63,701 bases of DNA, filler included, from Sphacelaria rigidula (GCA_964200075.2; 11 parts of 11 records of this genome joined end to end with filler, not necessarily neighbours in it); one strand, 5' to 3'. Counted from the first letter of the whole stretch, positions 24,697-37,099 are shown. Numbers and translations: made by a program. Notes: generated by a model from the letters alone, not told the origin.

Positions 24697-25190
24697 TACA
24701 CATGCATACATACGTCGTTTTTGTGATCGGGTTACACTTGGAGAGCAAAACAGTGGCTTATGTTTCCACTATTTCTTCATGTTGTCCGGTCCGGTCCGAA
24801 TCTATTCGACCTGGCTCGGTCCGGTCCGGGTTGCGTTGGTCTCATGTTTCTCGCTCCCTGGGCTGGTATGTGTGTACGATAGTCATTTGTGATATTGTTC
24901 TTGGTATTTGGTATCTGCTGTCTTGTCAGTGTCACGGAAAAATCAGAAAGCGCTCATCACTGCTCGAAAATAATAGCTATTGCAATAGCTCAACAGCACT
25001 CGTGTATCACCAAAAAAAGTGCGGTCGAAACTTCGTGTCTGTACTGCTGGGCTACGTGTACTTCGGTCGCTGTACCCATACCCATGCACCCGTCGACTTA
25101 GGTCACGCGATATAACACCCCTATGCGTATCCTCCACACCCCTTTTTCTACCCCCTGACACACACACACACACACATGAATGCGCACCAG

Positions 25191-25481
25191 GGCGAAGCAC
25201 GGCGTGCGCTTCGATGCCCCCCTGGGCCTCGACGAAAAACGGACATCGGACGTCACAGCCGGTGCACACGGCGACCCCGCGGAGAGCAGAAGGGCGGCCG
25301 CACTGGCAGCGTTAGCGGGCGTCGGAGTGGGAGCAGGAGAAGGGTCCTCTGCCGTCGAGGGCCGAGAGGGGGGGAGGGGCGGCGGTGATGTCGTGTCAGC
25401 GGTGTCGAGGGGGGACGAGGGCGGCGGAACGTGGGCCGGGTTCGGAGGTGCTGATGCGCCCAAGAAGCGGCTGTCAGCCAA
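25191..25481 (+). CDS. Internal exon, Gly/Ala-rich, unknown protein
   Basis: CACCAG acceptor after a (CA)n tract, AA|GTGAGT donor, GC-rich open frame AKHGVRFDAPLGLDEK...APKKRLSAK. Confidence 0.6.
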
Positions 25482-25623
25482 GTGAGTGGTGTTGACTGTT
25501 TCCTGTCCCCGGAGAGATTTTTCGCACGCTTTGTTTTTTGAGGGTGTTTATGTGTGTATGGGGCGGGGTGTACTCATACTCATGATCTTGCACACCGTAG
25601 TCGTATGACCATTGATCCCACAG

Positions 25624-25693
25624 AGACGGGACGGAGCACGCCGGCTTCTCGCGGGGGTGGGGGGTGAGGAAGGGTCGTCTCGGTGTAGTTTAA
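25624..25693 (+). CDS. Putative terminal exon of the same gene
   Basis: CCCACAG acceptor. Phase-compatible reading DGTEHAGFSRGWGVRKGRLGVV*, followed by T-rich UTR-like sequence. Confidence 0.4.
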
Positions 25694-26519
25694 ACGGTGC
25701 AGTTGTTCTCGTCCTCGTCCTCATTCTCGTGTATTATTATTTTTTATTTTATTTTCTACATCCCGTGTGTGTTTTTGTGTGTTTTCCCCCGAGTTTGTTC
25801 TCGTTGATTAAATGGAGGGTTGCGTGGTTGTTTCTGATTTGGTTTCGCTGCGAAGTATACTTTACTCTCGAAGCATCTGTTTTCATTTTTTTTGTACCTT
25901 TGGCTGTTGTTGTTGTTGTTCATTGTTGTATATCTTCGTTTTTTTCAAGCAAAGGCTGTACTTCGAAGTTTGATTCACTAGCAGTCTGCTTCTCGTCTTA
26001 CCCTCCATCTTTTCCCCACGTTTCTCCGCTCTCTATTTCATGTTTCAAGTAAGAACTATGCAGCTTGCAAAGAGCTGAAAACAACACGTTGCAAACGAAA
26101 AAAAATACAAAAAATACAAAGCTAACTAATTTGCGAAGTATCGCGTGACTGACTCTATCTCTCATCAATTGCACCAGGGGCCGGCAGTAGATCTTAATTG
26201 GCGTTATTTCTCTTCCCATCCATTTCAATCCGTTTCCTTGCTCTTCTTTCTTTGTCTTCGTCTCTTTTTTCTCTTCTTCTCATGTATGTGTTTCCTGCTT
26301 CGTTCTTTTTTATTTTTGCCATTATACGTTTCTCGTTTTTCAGTTTCCCCTGTTCATTTTCTCTGTCTATTTGCGTTTTTCACCATTGTCGGGCCTTCCT
26401 CCATCAGCGAGTATTTCCGATTTTTTTCCCGCTTCAAGGAAGGAGGAAACCTGACCCAACACTTGACCTCGCAAGCGGGTTCGTGTGCCGATTGAAGGCA
26501 GTTTACCACTTGGGATGGT

Positions 26520-27110
26520 GAGAAAATTATCAGAAACTTATAACTTGGAACAAACTACAACACGAACACTATTCAATTTGTGGCATTTTGTGGATTTTTC
26601 ATAATTGACGATTTTCTTGGGGCTCTTTTCGCTTGCCACCGCTCATCGCATTGGGGATCTGAAGATACATTTGTATCCGCTCCACGTTCCAAGGGTAATA
26701 AAAACCATCTGTACTCAATATTGAGTGACTTACCGACTGACCGGTCATCGGGGGTCCTATCACGTTTTTCAGCCCAGATTCTTACTCTTCGGTATTTTCG
26801 GTCGGTCGAGCCTCTCCCGATCATATATGTGAAAAAGTGTACAGTTTTATTTTCTTGAAAATTCTACCTACTCATTGCACTGGAGCAGAAAAAATGTGTT
26901 TTACGGTCAATAACATCCTCTTGATAAACGGGGTATTTACTCGTTTGGGCCGATAACACCAACTAACACTGACTTGAGCACTATGTTTCGAGGATGCTCT
27001 GTTTATTGTATCAAAATCTACCGACGCGAGCAATTTCGAGTTCTATAGAGGAGTAGTACGCGAGGGAAACCCCCAAACACCCCTGAACAGTTAGGCCGCC
27101 CACTACTGTA
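26520..27110. mobile_element. Diverged relative of the 12680-13697 DNA element
   Basis: Colinear patches (TTTCGC.TGCCACCG.TCATC, GACTTAC...CTGACCG, ACGGTC.ATAACA, ATCTA.CGACGC). Ends ACTACTG|TA. Confidence 0.55.
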
Positions 27111-27972
27111 GTCTGCGTCCATCGTGCGACCACGGCTGGATTCGTTGGGCATCACTTGATGTGCGACAAATCAACCAACCACCCGACCTATCAATCAATC
27201 AACTTGGGTAGAAGACTCGAGCGGCCATGTACCCGAAACGTGGAGGCCTGATGGCTGTGACACGTGTACTACACCTTATTTTTTATGTTTTTTTTTTCTT
27301 CAAATGCTTTATAAGGGGCGGGGGATCATGGAATATATGTCGTTGAATTGAAGGCGGCTACCCATACACACATGCTGTAAGAACATAAGAAAATGAGCAT
27401 CATCGCGAGCGTTTCGTTTGCATGTGACACTCCCGCTACTTCCGTTTGAAAATGAATGTGTTGGCTGGCAGGCCCTTGACTACGAACAGCTTGGGGTATT
27501 TACTGCCAGAGCAATCGTACACAACCGGGTGATCCTACCATAGGGCATACTCATGATACTGCATGCCGTAGTTAGTCATGAGACCATTGACCTCGCATCC
27601 ATACAAAGCCGGGGCGGTGAGTCGCATGAAAAGGTGAGCTGTATCCTGCTAAGATTGTTCAGACCTAAGCGTACCAAGTATCTTCCACATGGATGACAGC
27701 CTCCAATGAGTTACTTCATTTTCTGGCATCGGCACTCCAAGAGACAGCCACGGGCTCCGCACTGCCTCATGGATGCCTTTGCCAGATGCTACAAAAGTCG
27801 TGCGTTAGTATTTATCGACTGAAGTGGCCTGCTTGCTCGCGGTCTGAGGGTGGCAGTGGTGCTCCTTTTAGCAGCAGTGCCATCAACGTCCCCCCCTCCC
27901 CCCTCTTCCCCTTCTCTCCATCCCGCGTTGGACACTACAATTTTTTTCGGTCGAATTTTTTCCATGTGGCAG

Positions 27973-28073
27973 AGAGCGCAAGCTCGCTAGAAAAGGTGGC
28001 GGCTCTAAGGGGGATTCATCCTCTGTCCAAGCTGCGCCGAGCGAGGGTGGTGGGATCGGTGAGGAAGACGAAG
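27973..28073 (+). CDS. Putative isolated exon (low complexity)
   Basis: GGCAG acceptor, AAG|GTGGGT donor, reads ERKLARKGGGSKGDSSSVQAAPSEGGGIGEEDE. Confidence 0.3.
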
Positions 28074-28118
28074 GTGGGTAGGATTCGTTCCGTTTCGCAT
28101 ATGTGCTGCCAGGAGTGT

Positions 28119-28235
28119 CATGATCCAAAAGCTTCGCACACCACCAGAAGTGCCACGATCCAAATCTTTCACACACCACCAAAAGAGTCATGATCCAACT
28201 TTTCTCGCATACTACCATAAGTACCATGATCCAGG
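28119..28235. repeat. Diverged ~35-bp tandem repeat x3
   Basis: CATGATCCAA...CACACCACCA.AAG units. Confidence 0.65.
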
Positions 28236-29001
28236 AGTGTTTCAGGGTGTTCGTGTTCAGTGCTGTTGTTGATGTCGATGTTGCTTTTGATTGTGGTGGT
28301 GGAATTTTGATGTTGATGTTTGGTAATCTGCTGATGCCGGTAATTTTGGTGGCGGTCGATGTTTTTTCACTTCATGTTTCCGAAACAATTGAGAAAGCTT
28401 GATTTAGTCCCTTTCGTGAGCATGAAATCAACAGTCGCCTTTTTTTTCGTTGAGTAGTTACTGAAGTTATGAGAATACCACGTATTAATATAAAAAATTC
28501 GGAACAATTAATTGCAATTATATATTCATATTTTTGAAAAACTTTTGATGTGTAACGAACCTTCCACACGTCGGACAGCTTATGAGCTACCTAAGTATTA
28601 CTTCTTATTAGTGTACTGATCCGGATCACGAGCTAGCTCATGTGATCGCTTTTTCCAGATTTTCTCCCTACAGCGCTGGACACCGAGCACGCGGAGAAGC
28701 GCAGAGGTAGCGCTTTGGCTTCTCGGGCCCTGCTGTCACGTAATTTCTGTTTTTGGATGAGCAATCTGAGAGTCCCCTTCGATTTGTTATTTTCGGTAGC
28801 TCATGAGCTGTCCGACGTGGAACCTCCCCCCCCCGCCGCCTTCTGTGGTAAGACACCCATGAGGCAGTGTAAAAGCCGTGGCTGTCTCTGGAAGTGGCGA
28901 TNNNNNNNNNNNNNNNNNNNNNNNNNNNNNNNNNNNNNNNNNNNNTTAATTAATTAANNNNNNNNNNNNNNNNNNNNNNNNNNNNNNNNNNNNNNNNNNN
29001 N

Positions 29002-31049
29002 TTGCATCTTTCGACTCCTGCGGGACCCCCCTTCCGTCCCACACCTCGACGAGAATGGTATGGAAGCGTTCGAGGACGATGGGCTCGGCGCGGCCGTCGA
29101 TCTTGAGTAGTTCTACAGGGAGGGAGTCGTGTTCTGGCGCTTTCCAGCTGTGCATCCCCCGGACTGCTCGTCTGGTTTCCTCCAGTGTTGGTGCTGCCCC
29201 GAGCGGTACTGAATCCCCAGTGGTTGACGCTGCCGGTCGCTGCTTCATCTCCTCGATGATGGCTGGGTTCACTGAGGACGATTTGGCGTTTAGCAGGGTG
29301 CGGAAAAATCTCGCCCACCGTTTAAGGATGGCAACTTTGTTCCTCAGTAGGGCGCCGTTCTCGTCCTTGATGAACTGCTGCCCTCCGGATTGCCTTCCAC
29401 CAAGACCCACCGATCTCTTGAGGTGTTTGTACAGGCCTCTCATGTCGCGATCCTTGTAGAAAACTTCTAGCCTTGCCACATACCTCTCCAGATGTGCATA
29501 GATGCTATCATCGATTGCTGTACTCACGTTCTTACACGCGGCTCTGAGTGCTTTCCACGATGCTGGGGTCCGGTGATGCTTCATCAGTTGGCGTGCCTCC
29601 CGTCGTTTGGCGAGCGCTGCTTCCACTGTTGCTCTCGTGCGGGGATTTTTACACCATTCCGGTATACGTGGTATCCGTGCCTCTTCCGGGAGAACTGTTT
29701 GCGCTGCTTCGAGGATAGCTTCGGCGTACACCTTCGCGGCCGCCGGTGGGGTGGTGATTGGTTGGTATTTTTGCTCGGCGACGTCATGTAGGAACCTCGC
29801 GGTCACGTGCCACCTTGCCATTTCGGTCTGTAGCTGCTGTCGACTGAATTGCCGCTGCTTCGACTTGGTGCGTACTTGGCGGTTGTGTGCAATGCGGCCA
29901 CCGAGGTCGACAGTGGCTACCACCATGTCGTGGTCCGAGTCCGCTTTAGTCGGGGGTGCGGGTTGGGGGTGTACGACTACGTTGCGAACTCTACCTCGGT
30001 GTGCCTGTCGGGTAAGACTGTAGTCTATGCGCTTGAAATCGCCCGTGCGATTCCCCACAACACCGTTGTATGTGTGCGAGATTCCGCCTTTGCGCGTGCT
30101 AAAGAAAGTGTTCGTGATGGCCAGTTTGTTCTCGGTTGCGAAAGTTAGCAGAAGTTTGTCGTTATCCTTCAGCTCATCACGTCCATAGGCGCCTAGGACC
30201 CCTTCGTCCTCCAAACCCTCTCCTACTTTGTCCCCCGCCCGTGCGTTCGCATCCATCAAAACATACACACATTCCTTCGACGGGATTCGCCGTACCAGAT
30301 CGTCAAGCCCATCCCAGAACGCTTGTTTCATTTCGTTCTTGGCGACTTCAGTTGGTGCATACGCAACTACGAAATTGATCGCTCCGCTCTGTCCCGATAT
30401 TTCAAACCGCATTGCCCTGAGGCGCTCGTCAACGTACTCAGTGGTAAAGGTGGCGTTATTGCAAATCGAGTCTTTCACGGCTAAACCCACACAGTGTTGC
30501 CCACCTGACTCGCTCCCACAGCAGAAGACTCTGAACACTGCTGCTGTACAGTCTGTTCATCCCGCCCTTCGTGTCTCCTGCAGTCCTACCACCGAGATGT
30601 TAAGTCTCGCGGCCTTGTACAAGACGCTGTAGTCTCGCCCCAATCCATTGGCCCCTTTCACAGCTAGAGTTCTGACATTGTAAGTGGCTACCTTAACAAG
30701 TTGACTCCGCTGTCTCGCCTGGGCTACTCGTGCTGCTTTCCTAGCACGCTTCCGCCTCGCCCGGCCCCTCTTCATTTTTTATTTGCTTCATTTTTATCGC
30801 GTTTTGGACTCTCTGGCTATTTCTAGCCCGGTGCTCGTCTTTGTTCACAGGCAGGTGCAACTCTCCTGCTCTGTCCGACTCTACTCCTTCCTCGCTCTTG
30901 GTGTGCGTACCCACGCGATGTGCAGCCCCTCCATTCCTGTCTAGGCTGTCCCCACTGCGCTCTCCGCTACTGCATAGCCCCGGTGTCCAGACCGGTGCTT
31001 TAGCGTTTAGCTGCATGCCGCCGCTGAGTTGTTCCGAAACGAAGTACAC
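29002..31049 (-). pseudogene. LINE ORF (endonuclease-reverse transcriptase), disrupted
   Basis: ORFs 30741-31049, 30557-30775 and 28946-30538 join into one polyprotein. Confidence 0.88.
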
Positions 31050-31455
31050 ACGCTACTCTCGTGATCGTGGTGCCTCTTATCTTCCAAACTTAGTCGCCCC
31101 GTCGATACGAGGCTCGGGCCCGTGTCTCCGCCGTCGTTGGATGATCTTTGGATGGTGGTCTAAGATCACAGGCGGACTTCTGCCCACCCCAGTATGGGCA
31201 GTCGGGGTAGGGGGGTGGTATCTGAAAAAACAATTAGTGCGATATGAGTTACACTGTATCTCACGACCCCCTGTATCTCCTATCGCCTCAAACTCAGAGT
31301 CCACGTCGACACGATGCTCGGGCTCGCGTCCCTTACCTTTCCCTGCTCCGCCTTCGTTGGTTTGGTGGTCTTCGTGTGTGCGGCTTAAGATCACTAGCGG
31401 TCCTCGGCCTACCCCTGCAGGGAGCAGGCCAGGAGGAAGGGAAGACAGCGTGTGT
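29002..31455 (-). mobile_element. RTE-clade LINE, 5' half (5' UTR, APE endonuclease, start of RT), frameshifted
   Basis: ATYNVRTL, VVGLQETR, VVAYAPTE, LMDANAR, NTFF, RIDY, SDHDMV (APE); KAPEHDSLPVELLK and VPQESKDA (pre-RT). Frameshifts near 30775 and 30555. Confidence 0.93.
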
Positions 31456-34400
31456 TAGGTGCGTTTATTAAAATGCATATACCTATCTCTGCCCAATAAT
31501 ATGGCGTGATGCATTGTGCTGTCGGGGACAATATATACCCAGACTGCCAGGCTGGCAGATCGAGCGGTGTTGTGAAAGAATTGTACACTGAGACGTACGG
31601 ATTTACGTATCGTCAGTGGCGCGGCAGAATCACCGAAACTGCCGCACACGCGAGGTATGGTGGTGGTTTCGCAAGCTGCAGTAGCAGGGCCAGTCTGTTT
31701 CATGTGTTTCCATCTTGATTCTCGAATAAATGTTTGCGGGCTGCCGCTGTCCAACAAGGATACGCATTTCGTAGGCGTGATAGCCTTTGGACCGGAATGG
31801 ATCGCAACGCGAGTTGTGAAAGTGGCCGGATCTACAGACATTTTACCGCCGACAAGATCCGGACCGCGTTCTGGCAAGGTAAGCTAGTCAGGATCAGCGG
31901 AACTGACAGCAAAAACGCATGGCGGGTGATCCGCCGGGGGGTCAGATGTCACACCAGAGAAGGGGGTGGGCGGTATATTATTTCCAGGTGTGGCACGGTC
32001 AGAGTGACCATTGGCGATTTCGTAAATTATCGTCTTTGGTTGACAGGGATCACCGTCGAAGGGGGATCCAGGATGTGCGGGGCTGGAGTCGTCGATTGAA
32101 GAAGTAGTGCCATCAGAAATATGTGATTATGTTTCTTCCGGGATACTTGATAGAGCCGTCGAACTCAAAGTCGTCGCATTTTGGAGAGATTGAGGTCGAG
32201 GATTTCCGCTCGAAAGAGGTGTACGTAATAATGCGCGCGGGTCCTTGGGGGCGTGCTTACTGGGCTTTTTCTTTCGCCTTGACAAAGGTCGGGGAACTTC
32301 CGAAACATTTTGGGATGAAACCACAACTGCGTCCAGCGAAGGGACCGGTATAGGTGGCCACGGGACGAGAAAGCCACTCTCGTTCGTGGAACACCAGTTG
32401 CAAAGTCTTGTGTTGAAACGGCATTCGCCACTGAGCTAGCTTCATGAGGTGGTGGTGTTGGAGCCGTCGTGGGGGCAGCAGCGGCCGCAGCAGACGACGT
32501 TATGTCGGACTTGCGTGGTATGACGTAAGTAGACCTGATGGGCGTTTGCTGGCGAGGCTGGCGGACGCTGAGCAAGTGACTGGCAGAAGGCGGAGAGGCT
32601 TGATGGTTAGACAAGCGTGTCACCGACGAGTCCGCTTCTTGAGCCGTTCGCCGGACATGGTCGGCTCGCGCACCCGTCTCTGGGCCGCCATAGCTGCGGT
32701 ACGGCCCTCTTGCAGCGCTCGTTGCGCCGCCGTGCTCGTACGAGAAGCATGGGAGGTCTGCCGCTGAAGATCCTTGAGCTTCTCTGCGTGGTCCTCCAGA
32801 AGGAGGGGGGCAGCGGCGGCGTCAGCGTCGCGTTGCTGATTAAGGATGTGTGTGCTAATGCAAGTGCCTGTGACGCGTAGTCATCAATCAGTTGGAGCTG
32901 TTCTGTACGAAGGCGGTTTGTGAACAGCCTCAAAAGTAGGCCAGTTGGGCAGCGCTCGTCGCCGAGCGGAGGGAGAACCTCCACGGATGGGGGCGAGCGC
33001 ATCGGAGCGGGACGGTGGATCGCGGTCAGTGCAGGGTCGTCGGTTTTGCGATGAGGTGCGGCCGGACCCTTTAATGGAGGAGTCCAGAGCCGGTGACATG
33101 TCTGACAATATGTTTTGGATATCATCGGGATGTACAGTGTTATCATTGCGTACATCACGGCGGTTTGACAGATGCGGAGCAGGAGAGGTGCGCGAGGGTG
33201 CATGATCGGTGTTTTTCGAACGCGAGTGAACGCGCGAAGAACTTGATCTGTGCCGCAAGGCATCCTCGTGAGTACGTTCACGGTTAGCATTCACCGGGCG
33301 CTTCTGAGCGCGCGATGAATTGGAACTGTGACGTGAGCTACCGTCACAAGTGTAACCATGAGTTACGTTCTTCGGGCGTGTAGAAGCGCGCGATGAATTC
33401 AAGCTTTGCTGGGAGTTGCCCTTGGAACCGCCAGAACGGGAGACGTGGTCGTGACCAAGTCTCGGTGTGCGACGCCGGTCAGAAGCGCGAGTAAGACTCT
33501 GGTGTGACGTTGAGGAAGGGCTGGACTCATGCTCGTTGAATTTGTCATGAGTGACGAACGGAGAACGCGATGTCGCCGAACGGGGCGCCAAACGTACGGG
33601 TTTGGGCGTGGCAGGTGCAGAATCATCATTGAATTGCACGCGAGCAGGCGCCGATTGACCTTGGAGCGTCGCGTAGCAAAAAGCCGTAAATGCCTCGATG
33701 AGAGCTGGTGCTAGCGAGGGCGACGACGCCGATGAGGTGCGATGCAGAGTTTGCATGCCAGCATGCATGGCCGCAACTGCGGGTCCGACATTGGACTGCG
33801 CAGCAGGGCGCACGGGACTATCGAGAGTCGTGCGAAGGGGGTCCGAAACGGAAGCAGCCCGCGTGACAAGGTCTCTTGCTCCAGTAGCGATACGCTTCGT
33901 CGGGGCAGAATCGTCTCGAGAGTTGTCAGCCGTCAAGCGAGGGGGTGCCACGGTTGAAGCAACCGATACAGGGCCAAGCTGGACACGTGGGTCCAGGGGC
34001 AACGACTCAGCTGAAGGCACAATCCTGACTTCGGATTCCACAGTGGGATTCGGAAGAACAGGACGCAGTGAGGGGGTGCAACGGAATCCACCGTTATGGG
34101 TTCACTGACATGTCCGTCAGGAACCAATGACTCAGCCGTTTGTACTACCTTGTTCTCTGAGTCCGAGCCGAAACGTGAGAGGACAGGTCTCGGCGTCATA
34201 GTCTTGTCTTCAAGCCTTGAAGAACGAGCATCGCTCGAAGGTTGGTCTTCAGATCCCGAAGATCGAACAGCGCTCGCATACGCGCGGCGATGAGTTGAAG
34301 GTGACGTGACACTCATATTAAAAGATTGGGTCTTGCTATTTACGTCAGCATTGACGTACTCTGTTACATCCGTCAGCATTGACGTAATCTGTTACATCCG
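31456..34400 (-). mobile_element. Degenerate LTR-retrotransposon gag-protease region (Ty3/Gypsy-type)
   Basis: Retropepsin motifs SLLDSGSPQTFI and HAILLGRD (31455-31877), downstream of a long S/R/P-rich frameshifted gag-like region (32165-34379). Truncated by the LINE. Confidence 0.7.
31458..31877 (-). pseudogene. Retroviral-type aspartic protease
   Basis: LLDSGS catalytic motif and ILLGRD motif. Confidence 0.8.
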
Positions 34401-35288
34401 TCAGCGTTCAGCACCCGTCCCACAAGCCCCGCATGGACACAGCAACACATGAAAAACACTCACACAGTCTCTAGCTATCGTTCAAGCCATCGCACGGAGC
34501 AAACGGACCCGTAGCGGATGAGATACGTGCTTAGCTGTCACAACGTTGTGCTACACAAGATAAGTGATCGAAAAGGCCGCAACCTTCGAATAGGCAAGCC
34601 CGGACGCCGGTGGACACAACATCAAGTTGTTACCGTGATAGCTGAGGTCATGGGCTGGGTATTGGCAGCGGCAAGACTTGATTCGTATCCGTACTCTTCA
34701 CNNNNNNNNNNNNNNNNNNNNNNNNNNNNNNNNNNNNNNNNNNNNTTAATTAATTAANNNNNNNNNNNNNNNNNNNNNNNNNNNNNNNNNNNNNNNNNNN
34801 NGGCATGTGTGGGGCCCGGGGTGGTTGGGGGGGGGGGGGGGGGGGGACGCTAGCAGGGCACCAGTCGCAACCAAATTTCAAAGAAGCTCATGAAAGGGGG
34901 AAGACAAAAAGAGCGGAGAAGAAAAAAATCGAAGATTGACAGGAGTGCCAGGCCAAAAACAGCTAAAATACGATAACGACTTTTACCGCTCTCAGGACAA
35001 CCGCCGCCAAGGCCCTTACCAAGGCTTTGAGGTTTGGGAAGTCGGAGCAAAAAACAAGGAAGCAAGGGCATGAAAGCAGGCTGCGACTTAACTAACTGGA
35101 AACTGCACTACTTTGAGCAGGAAATCTCAGTCGCCACCTCTCGTGGAGAGAAATAGACGGGTACTGTTATTAGTACGAGGCGGAAAGTAGCAGACGATGA
35201 AATGGAAAGAGTATGGCAAATAAGAAGCGGGAAAGAAGTATACAGGAACACTATCACAGCCTGGACGAAAGATGACACAGGCACCGTA

Positions 35289-35680
35289 GGTAAGGCAGGT
35301 ACCCGGCTACGGTATTTGGGACGTCTCATACCCTACCGTACCCGCTCGATCTGGTAGTTTCAAATGTCATACCCACGATACCGCGGTATTTCGAGATTTC
35401 AATACCTACCGTACCTGCCCAATCGGGTATTTTCGAATGCCGTACCTAAGATACCTATGATACCACGGTATTTCGAGATACTAATACCTACCGTTCCCGC
35501 TCAAGCAGGTATTTTCAAAACTCATACCTACGATACCCATGATACCACGGTATTTCGAGATTTCACTACCTACCGTACCCGCTCAATCGGGTATTTTCAA
35601 AACTCATACCTACTATACCTGCGCATACCACGGTATGGGATATCCCGGTAAATACCGGGGGTATACCCGGTAATACCGGA
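35289..35680 (+). mobile_element. MITE with internal ~80-bp tandem repeats (3'-truncated copy)
   Basis: Starts TA|GGTAAGGCAGGTACCCGG; repeated GATACCACGGTATTTCGAGAT...CCTACCGTACC; paralog at 36689-37099. Confidence 0.8.
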
Positions 35681-36688
35681 GGCGATGCACTCCCCGTGGT
35701 GCAGCAGCTGGTCCCCCTTATTATGCAAAGGCCAGAAGTTGTCGGACCAGGTACGTCTTGTTGTCACAGGTAATAAATACCCAGATCCCCCCTCGGTTGC
35801 GTGTTTGGATCAATTCGAATGAACTCATTATTATGTAGTCTGAAGTGCGGTCGTTTTTATTTTTTCTCGATCTGATAGATCTACGCATTTCTGTCCTTAG
35901 AAGGCTTTAGCTCCAATTTGTAATTAGTGGCGCGTGGAGAAAAAGTACAAAACGAACAAGCTAAGCTTTTTCGGTCTAAAACATGCGGTCGAAAGGCACG
36001 AAGGGGCACTTGACTTCTATCTCACAGACCACCACGCCAGATAACACCCGTCCACAGAACCATGCTAACCCCATCCAACTCATTCTCAGCTAACATCGCA
36101 ACCCTGCAGTATCGAGTACGAGTTGAGCACAGGCATAGGTGCGCTGCAGTAGTTGGGTATGCTTTGTTTATTTTTAGTTGGCGAAAACTTGCGCATCTTC
36201 TTCCATGGTAGGGATCAGCGACGGAACTGCGTGCTACGGTGGGCAACCGAGTTGCGCACACGCTCATGGACAGGGCAGGCAGTACGAAGCTGCACGTTGT
36301 TGAAGTCCTTTTCACGTCGCATTGTAAGCAGAGAGAACTAATAGTCCTGGGCTGTCTGCACTGCACGTTGCTCGCTTCTCTTGAAAATCATACTGTACGA
36401 AACACGCACACACGCACTCGAGACACACTGCTTGCAAGCAGTGCAGACAGTACAGACTGTCTCTACTGTACACGAGTGACCACGTACCGTTTCACGAATT
36501 CCACCGTCTTGTTTCGATCGAAAGATTGAAAATTCGACTGAACCCAACTCGACAAAAATGTGCGATTTCCGCTCTCAAATCAATTCCACCGCCGCATTTT
36601 TTCGATATATATATGTATGTATATTTGCCAATACGCGCCCTGAAACGCTTCTCCGCACTGCCGCATGACAGTTTTGCATTCGGTAGAG

Positions 36689-37099
36689 GGTAAGGCAGGT
36701 ACCCGGTTCTGATATTTAGGACATCTCATAGCCTACCGATACCGACCCAATCGGGTATTTGCGAATGCCATACTTACGATACCCATGATACCACGGTATT
36801 TCGAGATACCAGTACCTACCGTACCTGCTGCCCAATCGGGTCTTTTCATATTTCATACCTACGATACCTACGATACCACGGTTTTTCCCAGATATCAATA
36901 CCCACCGTACCCGCTCACTCAGGTATTTTCAAAGCTCATACCTACGATACCTGCGATACCACGGTATTTCGAGATTTCAACACCTACCGTACCCGCTCGA
37001 TCAGGTATTTTCAAAGCTAACACCTACGATATCCACGCATTCTACGGTATGGGATACCCCGGTAAATACCGGGGGGTACGCTCGGTACGGCACCTTACC
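36689..37099 (+). mobile_element. MITE with internal ~80-bp tandem repeats (complete copy)
   Basis: GGTAAGG...CCTTACC|TA termini and the same internal array as 35289-35680. Confidence 0.85.

Noticed and set aside
25612..26521. Hydrophobic membrane-protein ORFs
   Set aside because: They arise from T-rich low-complexity UTR or intergenic sequence.
29055..30632. Plus-strand ORFs of 99-138 aa
   Set aside because: They are antisense shadows of the LINE ORF. The same applies to minus-strand ORFs in 49000-51100 and plus-strand ORFs in 32400-34300.
31087..31440. Hammerhead or canonical HDV ribozyme call
   Set aside because: There is no CUGANGA/GAAA core, and the first hairpin's loop is too short for the HDV nested pseudoknot. 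Kept only as an unclassified structure.
34400..34701. 5' LTR and PBS of the Gypsy-like element
   Set aside because: There is no second LTR to compare and no canonical CA-TGG junction was found.
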